Assembly (NCBI GenBank): GCA_023213395.1
Contig: CM041465.1
Location: 145,583,741 to 145,647,740, forward strand
From: Cycas panzhihuaensis
Lineage: Eukaryota > Plantae > Cycadophyta
DNA length: 64,000 nucleotides
Direction of reading: 5' to 3'
The position numbers and the translations under genes are program-made. This document shows, piece after piece, positions 13,533 to 26,836 of the stretch. Under the pieces are notes generated by a model. It was not told the origin of the DNA and searched no databases. It was given only the letters and a program-made list of their open reading frames with translations. The first letter of the stretch is position 1, and each line of letters begins with the position of its first letter.

Positions 13533-14735
13533 GTGGAATATTGGGAAAACAACTTGGTCAGGAGGTTCTCAGGGCCAAGACTGAGGCTTGATATCATCAG
13601 GAAATGGACAGTCAATAAGTGGAAAACGAAGAATCTGGTGGAGGTGATAGCTATGCCCAAGGGTTGCGTGCATTTTAGGTTCGCTAACCAGGAAGATATG
13701 ATTGGCATCCTTCTAAAATCTCCCTGGATGCTTGGGAGAAAGGCAATTACTCTGGAAAAGTGGCACCCAGATTTCGACCCATCAGTTCCAACGGTTAAAC
13801 AGGCTCCAATCTGGGTCCAGATGCCAGAGTTACCTCTGCAGTTTTGGAACCTGGAAGCAGTGAGAGTGGTGTCTAGAACTGTAGGGCCATTACTAGCGAA
13901 AGGCTCAGCAACTAAGAATAGAACCCGGTTGATAAATGCCAGATTTTGTGTTCTAGCAAAACTTGACAAAAACCTCCTGGAAGAGATTAGTATTGAAACA
14001 GAGAGGTGGAATATTAACCAAAAGTTGGTTTACGAGTTGGACTGCTTTAGATGCTCTATATGTAGGTGCCTGGGGCATCTTCCTTTGAAGTGCCAAGGAG
14101 AAAATAGGGATAGGGCTGGCGAGAAGGGAGGCCCAAGCAAAGTCGTTGAGGATCCAGAGGCAGAGGTAAGCGTGAGTGATACTTTGGGGACTAAGGTAAT
14201 TGAATCTCCTCAGATAAATCAATGCATGGAGACGTCCATCCTAGTGGAGGTCGAGGAAAAGGTCCGACCTACGGGCCAGAAGGAGGGACAGCAAGGGCCA
14301 GCGGTTATGGAAGAGGATGACGGTGAAGAGAGGAGGAGTAAGGAGGCCCCGGTTGAGGTAGCTGAGATTAGTCGAGATGAGAAGATGAAGGGGATTAATT
14401 GGGATGAGGAGGACCTTCTCTCAGAGGAAGGTGAGGAGGGGGTTCCGCTCGCAGGTAAGGCAGACGTGCAACAAGGGGTAGAGGAGAGCCAGGTTGGGGC
14501 TGAAGGCAGGGCTGAGGGGGCCCTAAATGTGAGAAGGAAGCCAAAAAGGCCACCTAGTGGGGATTGTAAGTGGATAGCAAGAAGAGCACCTGATTTAGGC
14601 AGCGATAGAAAGGTTAGCAGACCGTCTAAGAAAGTGATTCGAGATAGGGAAACAGTTTCCCAAATTGACCAAGGGTATCAACGTACCCTAAAGGAAGGGG
14701 TAATTGAAGGCTCGTTTCTCAGGAGTAGAAGATGA
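13533..14735 (+). pseudogene. LINE ORF1 (DUF4283-like region plus zinc knuckle); true start probably upstream and disrupted
   Basis: WENNLVRRF...FRFANQEDM...PWMLGRKAITLEKWHPDFDP...PIWVQMPELPLQFW, knuckle CSICRCLGHLPLKC, and an acidic C-terminus typical of plant L1 ORF1. Confidence 0.88.
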
Positions 14736-14765
14736 TTCTCCAAGGCAAGCACGAGGGGCTTGGCC

Positions 14766-15840
14766 ATGAGGATATTATCATGGAATGTGAGGGGCCTGAA
14801 TGCCCCCTCTAAATAGAGAATTGTCAAGGACTTGAGATTTAGAATGGGGGGCGATATTATGATGTTGCAGGAAACGAAACTTGAGAAGGCTAAAGAAACA
14901 GAGGTGAAAAATAAGATTTGGAGGAATGGGGAGATGCTGGCAAAAGAGGGTCCTCTTGGATCAGGTGGCTTGGCGGTTCTCTGGGACACTAGAATTTCGC
15001 AAGGGATAGGTATGGTTCAAGAAGATCATTTTATGACCATATGCCTTACCTGCAGGAGAACAAATATCCAATGGCTTGCCACCAATATTTATGCTCCGAC
15101 AATGGTGGAAGGAAGAAAGACTTTATGGGACAGGATTGTGGTTGTCCACAAAGATTGGAAGGGCCCTTGGCTAGTTGCAGGGGACCTAAACGCGGCCCTA
15201 TCTCCAGGTGAAAAGAGAGGGGATCAAAAGTGTTGGTCCAGAAGCATGTCAGATCTAGGGGATTTCCTTCAGAAAGTTGGGTTGTTGGACGTCCCGCTCA
15301 GAGGGGCTAGGTACACATGCTCAAACAGGAGACTGGGGGACAATCACATCCAGATAAAGTTGGACAGGGTGTTAATAAACTACGAATGGACGAGACTCTA
15401 TGAAGACATCAAATTAGAAGCTCTCCCGAAAGTGGCTTCTGATCACTCACCTCTAATGTTGGAATTTAACACTCTAAATATCCATCGCGGGGCCCCCTTT
15501 CGGTTCGAGCTTATGTGGTTGAGGCATCCAGATCTTAGGGACAAGGTTAAGGAATGGTGGGGTATCACGGTGAAGGGGAATGCTATGTTTAGGTTCTCAA
15601 AAAATTTGAACTAGGTTAAGAAACAGATTAAAGTTTGGAACAAAGAAGTCTTCGGAAACATTTTTGAGGCCAAAGGCAAACTTCTTGAGGAACTTAGCAT
15701 GGTAGAGGGTAGGATCCAGGAGGAAGGTAGGTCCTCCATTCTGGACTAGATGGAGCGATCGACTACAAAGAACCTGGAAAATGTGTTGGCCAAAGAGGAA
15801 ATACACTGGAAACAAAAATCTAGAGCTCTCTCGCTGTCGA
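14766..15840 (+). pseudogene. LINE ORF2 5' part: AP endonuclease domain
   Basis: ATG at 14766 gives MRILSWNVRGLN, then LQETK, NIYAP, GDLN, KLDRVLIN, SDHSP, FRFELMW. Contains in-frame TAG stops and is cut at WKQKSR by the Copia insertion. Confidence 0.9.
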
Positions 15841-18800
15841 TGTTGAGGGAATGGATCTAGGGATCTAGTGCACTAACACTACACAATGGCAAATAGTGGA
15901 GACAAGCACAATGTACTCAACAAGAGAATGCTAATAACTTGAGCTCAAAGAGGAGAAGTGTAGAATATGATCACTCTCCATGTAATTTCAGCTTATATAA
16001 TGAGGATGCTCATTAGGGTTTGGAATTTGAGTTTTCCCTCCCAATGACATTCAAATGAGATTACATGAAATTACAATGAAATGAACTTTATATCATTTCA
16101 CTTAAGTGACTTAGGCATAGTCACCTTATCCTAAAGTTATAAACATAAAAGTGACTTTATCTAATACTAACTTCATGAAATGACCATGTGACATTAACAT
16201 CGTCACAATCCCCCCCTTAATGGCAGAAGGTCATTTTCCTTTATCCTATTCTAATCTATGAGGTCTTCATTATAGCCTTATTATTACATTGAGAAAAATT
16301 CTACAACCTACAAGACACTTTTGTGGCAAAACCCTCGGGGGAATAAAAACCCACGGACTTGACTTCCTATTCTATGAAGTGGCTCAGACGGCTCTTTGAG
16401 TGTAGCCAGATAGCCAAGCAGTACAAGTTGGTTTTGCAGCTTCAATTTGCTGAGTCTCCATATACCGTTTCGTCATCCCCCATGCCCTTTCAGGTTTTCA
16501 TAGGTTCTGATTTTCGAAACAAGTACAACCCAACTCCTTTCGCGCCCATGAGGGGTTTTCACGAATGGGAGAGAGCAAAGACTTACTCTAATCCTTCCGC
16601 GCCCACAAGGGGTTTTCACGAATGGGATAGAGTATGCTGGTCATGTGTAACATCTCCTTCAATCAGTTGGAGATGGAGGCCCTAAGGCCGAGCTGTTCAA
16701 ACTTCACCCTTTGCAGCGGTTTGGTGAAGATATCAGCCACTTGATCTGCTATGGGGCAGTGTTCCAATTGTATTGTGCCATCATAGACCAGTTCCCGGAT
16801 CCTGTGGACTTTTGTACTAATGTGCTTTGTACGATCATGAAAAACAAGATTCTTGGCCATGTGGATTGCTGACTGATTGTCCACATGTAAGCTCGTTGGA
16901 CCTGTCTGCGTGATATCCAAAGTATGTAATAATTTGCGAAGCCAGATCACCTCCTTGCTAGTCTCAAAAGCAGCTATGTATTCGGCTTCAGCAGTAGAAT
17001 CTGCAGTGATTTTCTGCCGCCTTGACCGCCATGAAATTGGAGTTGTTCCAAGAAATGTGATGTACCGGACGTTGTTCTTCCTGTATTTTTGTCACCGGCA
17101 AAATCCGAGTCTGTATCTTTGTAAGTCTGAAATCATTGTTGTGCTCATACAACAAACCAAGTTTGTTGGTCGTCTTTAGGTACTTCAACACTCGTATTGC
17201 TGCTTGCCAATGGTTCTGCTTTGGAGTTGTCATGTGACGGGCAAGAATGCCAACGGCATGGGCAATATCTGGCCTTGTGTTGGTAACATAATGAGGCTAC
17301 CTACAAGTTGCCGATAGAGTGTTGCATCTGCCTCTCGAATGTCTTCATCAGAAAGTTTGGCATTAGGCTCCATTGGAGTATACACTGTTCTGGCATCTTC
17401 TAATCCGAACTTGATTAGAAGATCGTTGATATGGAGAGAGATTTTTCCATTGCATTGAGTTACCTCAATTCCCAAGTAATATCTCATTAGTCCGAGGTCA
17501 GACAGTTTGAAGGATTTTGACAAGTCCATCTTTAATTTGCTGATATGCTGCTCACTATTTCCAGTTATCAGCATGTCGTCCACAAAGATCAGGAGATATG
17601 TGACTTTGCCTTTTTCTCTCTTAATAAACAAAGTTGCATCAATGTCTTGATAGTCACATACCTCATATCCAAGTTGCCTCATTTTGTTGGACAACTTGGT
17701 GAACCAAGCGCGAGGGACTTGTTTTAGGCCATATAACGACTTTTTCAGTCTACACGCTCGCTCTCCTGCTATCTCAAAGCCTTCAGTCGTGTCATGTAGA
17801 TTTCTTCTTCCAAATCTCCATTGAGAAAAGCGGTTTCACATCGAGTTGGTGGATTTTCCAACCCTGTTGAGCAGCCAAGGCCACAAGTGCTCTGATTGTG
17901 GGCCATTTGGTAGTTGGTGCGAAGACTTACGTAGTCGATGCCTTCCCTTTGGGTGAATCCTTTTGCGACCAACCTCGCCTTGTGTTTTTCAAGGGTGTCG
18001 TCGATCTGTATTTATTTTTGAACACCCATTTGCTTCGACTACCTTCCTTCCCAAAGGCGCATCAACGAGCTCCCATGTACCGTTCTTGATCAAGGATTGG
18101 TATTCCTCATTCATGGCATTTCTCCAAACCGTGTGTTTCATGACTTCTTGGTATGATAGAGGCTCGTCATTTGAAGCAAGGTGCGCTGCTGGTTCAAGCT
18201 CTATGGGAAGTGATGTTTGCTCCCTTGCTCAGTAGGCACCGCCGAGTGCGGTTTGCCTACCTCATCAGATCTCAAGTCTTTCTGCAACTGGTAGGCTTCT
18301 CGAAAACCTTTGGTTGGGAATGAGGTTTTCATTTCCACAACATCCTGGTCTTCATTTTGATCCTGAAAAGGATCATGGGAGATGTATGCTCCGAAGGTTG
18401 ATGACATTGCTGGAGAAGACATCCCTACAACTGAAGGTGGTGAAGGTGGTTCTTCTGCAACTCCTTTTCCTTTTGATGCTTGACGTGGTGATTCCTGGCT
18501 ATTCTCCCAAGATGGCGCTGGGTTGGCGCATATTGGCATAGGATCTGAGTCAAGAATAGTGTCCTCCGGGGCTCTATTGTCAGATTCCAAAATTTTGAGT
18601 ATTTCTTCAGTGTCTCCCCCCCCAAATGTTGGAATCAGACATCATATTCTCGACATCGTTGTATCTATGAGATGGTGCTTTAGAATCAAGTTGAAGTAGT
18701 TGATCCTCCGCTCTCAAAACACCACATCTCTAGTGATAATGATCTTCTTTAATGTTGGAATGAAGACCTTGTACCCTTTCTTGTTCATGGGGTACCCAAC

Positions 18801-21800
18801 AAAGATGCCCTTTAAAGCTCGCGGTTGGAGCTTATTTCTATGCTCATCAAGAATGTGAGCATAACAAGTAGAGCCAAAAATTTTGAAGTGATGGACTAGG
18901 GGTCCGGTCCCACCATCGCTCATTTGGAGACGGCCGAGCTTTGATGGACTTATGTTGTTCATGCAATAGATTGCGTGATAAATAGCTTCGCCCAAAGATA
19001 TGCAGGCACATTCTTGAAGACAAGCATAGCCCGTGCCATATTCATTATGGTTCTATTAGCCCTTTCAGCAACTCCATTCTGCTGAGGGTACCGCAATAGT
19101 TGTTTGATGCTTGATCCTCACGACACAAGAAGTCTTCGAATTCATTTGAAGTGTATTCGCCACCATTGTCGATCCGAGACACTTCATTGATATCCAATTC
19201 CTTCTCTGTGAGAGCCTTGAATGCCTTGAATACTGTGAATGCTTCATCTTTTGATTTGAGAAAGGTCACCCATACCTTTCGAGTGAAGTCATCAATAAAT
19301 GTAATATAGTACCTCTTCCCTATGAGAGAAGGGATAGGCAGAGGCCCACAGATATCTGAGTGTACTAATTCAAGAGGTTGACTGGCTTTCCATTGACTCT
19401 GGGGAAATGGTCATCGTGGGATTTGGCAATAATGCAAGCTTCACATTTGAATGGCTTAGAGGAAAATCTGAGCAGACCTGGAGTAGAATGAGAGATTTCC
19501 CTAAGCCGATCAAGTTTGACGTGCCCCATGCGAGCATGCCAAAGAACTTCTAGGGACAACTTGGAATGAGTCAATGTGACATTATATGCAAGTTCTTCCA
19601 CGACACAGATGGGGGCAACAACTTGGTATGCAGAAGAAGACAATGTGGTTCCAGTCAGTCTAAATAGCTTACCTTCAAGTTTCCCAGTCATTACCACAGA
19701 ACATGAAGACGGGTGAATAACACTAAGAACTTGATTATTAGCCGTGACACTCAGGTCGAATCCATGGAAGACAAGTGTGGATAATGACAGAAGGTTTTGT
19801 TTGAGATGGGGAATATACAAGACATCTTTTAAAGTAAAATTGGGCAGGCCTGGGAGCTTCAGGCATATAGAGCCCATGCCTTGAACAGGTTGTGTCGACT
19901 TATCGGCCATGTGTACTACTCCGGTGACCTCTGAATCAAAATCCTGAAAGAAATCCCGATGACAAGTCATGTGATGGGTAGCTCCTGTGTCCATAACCCA
20001 GTCTGATGATGATGTTGATGCAAAGATTTGCTGTCCAAGTGGTCGAGGTAGTGGCGAATCAAGGCGACAAATGGTCGTGCCACGGTGTGCCTCGATGTAC
20101 CTCTTAGGTCTAGAAGCAATAGATGAAGTGGATGCTTCCGCTTTGTTGAATACGTGCCTCAATGAGATTTGCTCTCGCAAATAAATCATCGTAACTCTCA
20201 TCAACATTGTGGGCTTGATGTTGCTGTTGTTGATGACAAGGCAATCTGCTGTAGTCAATGGGGCAATATTTTGCAAGGTGTCCTTTCCTGTTACACCTTT
20301 GACACGTGGGAGCATTGTTGTTTGGTCGTCTCGATTGACGATCTTTTGACTCTGCTTTGTTGCTAACCTTGTTGTTGCCTTTCTTTGTTGTCCTGTTGCT
20401 TTCCCCGCCTCTTCCACGACCTCTTCTTCCTCCGTGAAGATTGACCTTGTTGTTTGGTGCAAGATACTTCCTCGTCCATGTCGCCTTCAAAAGGCATTAG
20501 AGTTGAATCGAAAGTGGGAAGCTAGTAGTGAAGGTCTTGTCATGTTCAATAAACTTCTCGCCTAATGCTTGAAGTTGAGGGTCTTGATGTGCGGATGATG
20601 AAGATTTCCTAGCGAGGTTCTTATAATCGTGAACATGCGGTCGGATTGAATTAGGAAGGCCCGAGTTATGCATTGGGTCTTAAAATCCCTATCAATGGCC
20701 TGTTTAATGGGGCGAAGAGCATTGATGGTTTCATGTGCTCGCCCTTTCTGCATTCGCATCTTATTCATCTTCAATACCATATGAACAAACTCCAAGTCTG
20801 ATCGAGTATCAAAGTTTCTTTTGAGGACTTCGAGGACCTTGAAGGCAGTGTCGTGCTGTGTGTCATCGATCAGGTTGTGCAAGGAATAATCCGTAACTAG
20901 CAAGATCCCTACTCTGATCTTCTGGTCTTCAATGATCCACTGTCGTCGTTGCGGATTATGAGCAGGAGGAGCTGGAGGTGTGCCACCACTCTGCGGTGTG
21001 GTGTCGGTTGCAGGTACTATCGGGGTTCGCTCCAAGTGGTCCAGCCAAAGTCCCTCATACTTGGCTGCGTTCTTAACTCCCATGAACCATAGATCCCAAT
21101 TCTCCTTCCCTTTTAGCATACAGTTCACATTCTGCTTGAAGTTGGTCGACATGGTGGTGTGAAAAGATGAATAAGAGTGATGTATATAAATGTGTAGGAA
21201 ACTGCACTAAGTAGAAGAAGGTGGAGTCACTGACACTTGTGACAAGTCTACCTGACGCAGCAGGGAATAATGAAGTAATGCAATGTAAGATGTGGAAGCA
21301 AAGATATCACAAATAAGTATGTGATGTAAGTGATTTAATCAAGATAAGTGAGAAGGCCTATATAGAAGCCGGCATGTGGGTGCACACAACTGATAACCAA
21401 AGTGATGTAGGATGTGTAACAAACCCAAACCTCTAACTTGTATCCAAAGTAGGTGAGGTGTCGATGCCTAAGGGGGCTTCTAGTATACGTAATTAATGGC
21501 CTTCACCCGCGATACCCGCACCGTTCCTTGGTGATGAAATCCAAGTAAACGTGGAGCAGTGTGCACGGTCCTCACCAGTTCACCAATAAGCGATATACTC
21601 TCAAGAGAAGCGTGCATGTCCCACGGCTATGACGGATATTGGCCCAATAAATTAATTATCTTGATTAAGGGTTTTCAGTTTTCCCGGATGGTTATCAGGA
21701 TAATCCCTGATTGGAGGCCGTACGTATGGCTAACTTTGTCCCTCCACCACTATCTTGGTTATGACCGGACCCAAGATGAAACTCACACCTCCCTTAGGGC

Positions 21801-23667
21801 TGGACTTGACCAACCTTGGTCTATTTCAACCAAAGGCGGTATGCGCACAAATCAAGAATGGCGGTATAAAGTCGTCGAGATGAGTTGATTTTAAGGAAAG
21901 TGCTCTTGTTCTCGAATGTCATGTAAAAATAACTGAAAACTGAATGTAAATGAATGTAAATGCTCCACTTAAGTGTTGTTGCCATGTCCAAGTGTAGTGA
22001 TGACGTGTCCACCTAGTGCCCAAATGGCACTCTATGTACCCAAGTGGCACTCAATGAAGTCTCCAAGTGCATGCAACCATTAAAATCATACACATGATGA
22101 GCCAAATCATCGGATATTGCTCCGATCCAGATGATTGGCTTTACAAAGGATTTAAGTACCTTGTTCTTTTTACAAAAGGGCCAAAATAGGCCTCTAAAAG
22201 CCACAAAGGCTATAAATGTCTTTAAAAAACCCCTTTTACATACAATAATTTTTTTTTTTTTTTTTTTAAAGAAGGGAAAAAAAAAACTAAAAATTTGAGA
22301 AATACAATGTACGCTGAAAAATCAAATTTTCAGCAAACTAAGTCTATTTGTGGGCGATCTGCACTGCCTATTGTACCGCTATATGGCACAAATTTTAAAA
22401 ATTTTTGAAAAAAATAAAAATTTTCAGATTTGCTGGCCTTCACCTGCACTTTCCAAATATACAAAAATTTTTGAAAAATCTTATCAAAAACAGGGAAAAA
22501 AACCAGTTTTAACTCGCGGCCAAAATATACTAGAAAACCTAAAAATTGTCATAACTTTTCAACGGAGCGTCGGATTCATATGAGACCTGTCCCAAATGAT
22601 AGATCGGGACGAGGAGATCCAAAAACATGTATTACAGCAGCAAAAAACTCCTCAGATTATTCTAGATCTGAGATTTTTAAATTTGGAGAATGGCTGCAAA
22701 AACAAGTTGTTTGACCCCTTTAAACTCAAAATCTCGCGTCACTCCAGTTGACAAAAGTGCTTAGGAGGCCAAGATGCACCTACTGGTGAAATTTCGTGCG
22801 ATTCTGGGCACTTTGATTTTTTTGGCCGTACCGTTGTACGAAAATCCGTACAAATTGCATCCGTCCGCATAGCTTTGATTTTATACTTTAAAATCGCTTC
22901 TAATCGATGAGAGTCACCGATTTCTTCTTCTCGCAACCTTGAAATCGACTTTTACTACAAAAGATGGCCGAAAATAGGCCAGAATGCCAGATTTGGCGCT
23001 AAGAAATATGGCCGTAAATTGCTACAGCTTGAGCAATTCCTCGTGCTCCTTTAGGCACGCAAATAGGTTGCTTTTAAGCAGCCACACTCCTTCCTCTTAT
23101 CTGCAGAAATAAAATAGTACAACAACATATAATTTTGTACTAAAAATCTACTATAAAAAGAGCTTTAAAAAATGGATTTTTTTTTAAAAAAATCTCAACG
23201 CTTCACTTCACATGAATGGTGAAGAAGAGGAGAACATAGCTTGCAATCTCCTTGCAAGTGAGTGTGGCACTAGGATCCACCCAATGGCTCTGATACCACT
23301 TGTTGAGGGAATGGATCTAGGGATCTAGTGCACTAACACTACACAATGGCAAATAGTGGACACAAGCACAATGTACTCAACAAGAGAATGCTAATAGCTT
23401 GAGCTCAAAGAGGAGAAGTGTAGAATATGATCACTCTCCATGTAATTTCAACTTATATAATGAGGATACTCATTAGGGTTTGGAATTTGAGTTTTCCCTC
23501 CCAATGACATTCAAATGAGATTACATGAAATTACAATGAAATGAACTTTATGTCATTTCACTTAAGTGACTTAGGCATAGTCACCTTATCCTAAAGTTAT
23601 AAACATAAAAGTGACTTTATCTAATTCTAACTTCATGAAATGACCATGTGACATTAACATCGTCACA
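15841..23667 (-). mobile_element. Full-length Ty1/Copia LTR retrotransposon nested in LINE ORF2
   Basis: 367-bp TG...CA LTRs at 15841-16207 and 23301-23667 with 6 substitutions. TSD GTCGA at 15836-15840 and 23668-23672. Minus-strand iMet PBS at 23287-23298 and PPT at 16208-16219. Fragmented gag (CQRCNRKGHLAKYC), protease (WVMDTGATHHM), integrase, RT (FVDD) and RNase H (ADIFTKPL) in Copia order. Confidence 0.96.
23287..23298 (-). promoter_or_regulatory. tRNA-iMet primer-binding site of the nested Copia
   Basis: TGGTATCAGAGC on the minus strand, 2 nt inside the 5' LTR. Confidence 0.9.
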
Positions 23668-23672
23668 GTCGA

Positions 23673-26600
23673 AGGGAGACAAAAACACTAAGTTCTTCCA
23701 CATGTCTACTTTGAAACACAAGTCTTGTAATAGAATAAATATTCTGCGGAGCACAGATGGGGTAAATCATGTGAAGGAAGAAGAAATCAAGGTCATAGCT
23801 GTGGAATACTTCAAAAATTTATTTGAAGAACCCGGATGCCAGGAGACGGAATTAAGAAAGAAACTCATGAGTCATATTCCAAAGCTGAAGCTCATGAGTC
23901 ATATTCCAAAGCTGATTAATGATGATCAAAATAGGAGGTCGACGGATCCCTTTACATTGGAGGAAGTGGAGAAGGCTCTTTTCAACATGGGTCAGGATAA
24001 AGCTCCTACGCCGAATGGCTTCCCGCCGAGTTCTTCCAAGAATTTTGGGACATAATCAAGGAGGATCTAAAACTAGCTCTAGATGAATTTTCTAATAAGA
24101 AAACAATTCTAAAGGAGTGGTAGGCCACTTTTGTGGTGCTAATCCCAAAGAAGGAAGGAGTGAAACCCATGGAGGACTTTAGACCAATAAGCCTTTGCAA
24201 TGCAAAATACAAAATCCTAGCGAAAGTTCTAGCAAACAGGTTAAAGGAATGCTTGCCACTTATTATATCTCCAAATCAGGATGGTTTTGTTAAAGGCAGA
24301 CAAATTTTGGATGGGATAATAGTGGTCCATGAGACAGTTCATTCGGTCTATTACAGGAAGGAAGCTGGCATGTTGGTGAAAACTGACATGTCCAAAGCTT
24401 ACGATCGGGTCGCTTGGGATTGTTTGATGGAATGCCTCCAGGCTTTTGGCTTTGATAAGGCGTGGAGGGCATGGATGTGGTGTTGTATATCCAGGCCCTC
24501 CTTCTCTATCCTGATAAATGGGATTTCAACTCCTTTCTTCCCTGGTTTTAGAGGATTAAGGCAAGGGGATCCCTTATCCCCCTACCTGTTTATCATTATG
24601 GTGGAAATATTAGGGAGGGTTGTTGAGGAGGCCAGAAGGAAAGGGTGGGTGGCTGGACTAAAACCCTCATCTGGCATTGATAATATTGTTCATCATCAAT
24701 TTGTTGATGATAATATCTTTCTAGGTAAGGCGGCCCTACGGGAAGCTAATGCCTTTAAGGCGGGGCTCCAGGCTTACGAGAGGGATCCAAACCAGAGAAT
24801 TAATCTGGAGAAGAGTTCTATTTTCTTTATCAATACCCCTGAGAGATTGCAGAGGAGGATTAGCAGGGAGATGGAGATTCCTATTAGGCATCTTCCAACC
24901 AGTTATTTGGGGATGCCTTTATTTGTGGGAAACATGAGTAAGGACCTTTGGAATTCGATGGTGGATAGGATCCAACGAAAGTTGGTTGGGTGGAAAGGTT
25001 TGCTTCTTACTCAGGCAGGCAAAATCCAGCTGGTGGCAGCCTCTCTATAGAGCATTCTGGTTTATATGATGTCTATCTTCAGGATGCCGGGTAAGATCAT
25101 TTCGATCTTAGCAGGCATTCAGAAAAGATTTCTTTGGTCTGGCACAGAGGACAAGGACAAATTCCATTTGGTTTCCTGGGACAAGGTTTGTAGGCCCAGA
25201 TGGGCAGGAGGGCTCAATATCAGAAGGTTGGGGATGTTTAACAGGGCTTTGGTGGCCAAACTTGGGTGGAGACTAGCGAAAGAGGATGGTGCCTAGTAGG
25301 GAAATATTATAGACAAAAAGTACCTGGGGGGCAGGCACTTTTTAAGAGATGAGATGGGCGAAGTTTCTGGATCCTCTATTTGGAAGGGGTTGACCCATGT
25401 GAGACCCTTTTTAAGAAATGGTATGAGATGGAAGCTGGAGAACGGGGAGAGCATCAGTTTCTGGGAGGATAAATGGTGTGGAAACTACAAATTGAAAGAT
25501 AGACCATCCATTGGTAATCTGAAGGGCATTTCTGAGGGTACTTTTGGCCTTATGGTCAAGGACTACTGGGAGGGCCCAGGCAAAGATAGAGTTTGGAGAT
25601 CCTTTGAGGAGTTACAAGGGACCCAGGAGGGGGGGAGGAAGTATTCAGATCCTTAAGAGTGAGTTGATGCACTGGTATATTCCCAAAAGGCCTATGGCTG
25701 ATACAATTATTTGGCCTCACTCTTCCTCTAGGATGTACTCTGTGAAGGAAGGTTATCATATTATTTGCATGGAGGAGGGGTTTGGCAAGGACCTGCTATT
25801 GGCTGGGGTATGGAAGTTGGGGCTTATTCCCAAGGTGGCGGTCTTTTGGTGGCTCTGTTTATAGAATAAGATATTGACAATTGATAACCTCCACAGAAAA
25901 GGCTTAGTCATGCCAAATAGATGTGTGTTGTGTAAGAGTGACGAGGAGTCGTTGGACCATATCAGTATTCACTGCACCTTCTCCAGGGGTGTTTGGGCCT
26001 TTCTCTGGTCCAACCTTGGGATTGACTGGGTGATCCCTAAGACACTGCTAGACCAATGGAGGATGTGGAAATCTCCCTTTAGGTGCAAGACGTTGAGACT
26101 GCTATGGAAACTAATTGTGCCTGTAACAGTCTAGAACATTTAGAAGGAATGTAATAGAAGAATTTTCCAAGGGAGGGAGATGGACGAACCAAGGCTCTAT
26201 GAGTTGATATGTATGCTGACAGTAGAAATGCTCAAACCCTTAGATGAGGAAATGGTCTCGAAAGGGGAGGAAGGCATCATGGATCGTTGGGGGATTAGAA
26301 GAGCTAAGATCATTGGGGCAAAAAAGGAGAAAGTGCTCTTGGCATGGCCTAGTGCAAATTGGGTTAAAGTAAATTTTGATGGGGCGTCAAAGGGCAACCC
26401 AGGTGAGGCTGGTGGGGGAGGCCTTTGTAAAAACCCAGATGGTACGATAAGATGGGCCTTTGTGGAATTTTATGGCCATCAGTCAAACCATAGTTTGGAA
26501 TTGAAGGCTATGCAGAGAGTTGTAGCTATGGTTGATGAGGATGATAGCGATAAGGTAACAATAGAAGGTGATTCTCTGAATGTGATTAGGATCCTCAAGG

Positions 26601-26836
26601 GGGAGATGGAGGTCGATTGGTACAATGTGGACATAGTGAGGGATGCTCAAGATGTGTTAAGATCCAAACAGAGCTCCCAGATTTGGCATGCGTATAGGGA
26701 GGGTAATGCAGTTGCAGACTGGCTCGCCAATTGGGCAGTTCATAATAAGAGAATGATGGTTTGGAAAGGGAATTTCCCGGAGAAGCTTCTAAGTCTAGTC
26801 AAAATGGATGTGTTAGCCCAGAGTGGGGTGAGCTAG
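23673..26836 (+). pseudogene. LINE ORF2 3' part: reverse transcriptase, zf-RVT and RNase H
   Basis: GDKNTKFFH, FRPISLCN, DMSKAYDRV, GLRQGDPLSPYLF, HQFVDD, YLGMPL, zinc finger CVLC..ESLDHISIHC, RNase H KVNFDGASKGNPG/EGDS/HAYREGNAVADWLA. Several TAG stops and frameshifts. Confidence 0.92.

Noticed and set aside
13478-14989. Minus-strand ORFs overlapping the LINE as antisense genes
   Set aside because: Shadow frames of ORF1/ORF2 with no recognisable motifs.
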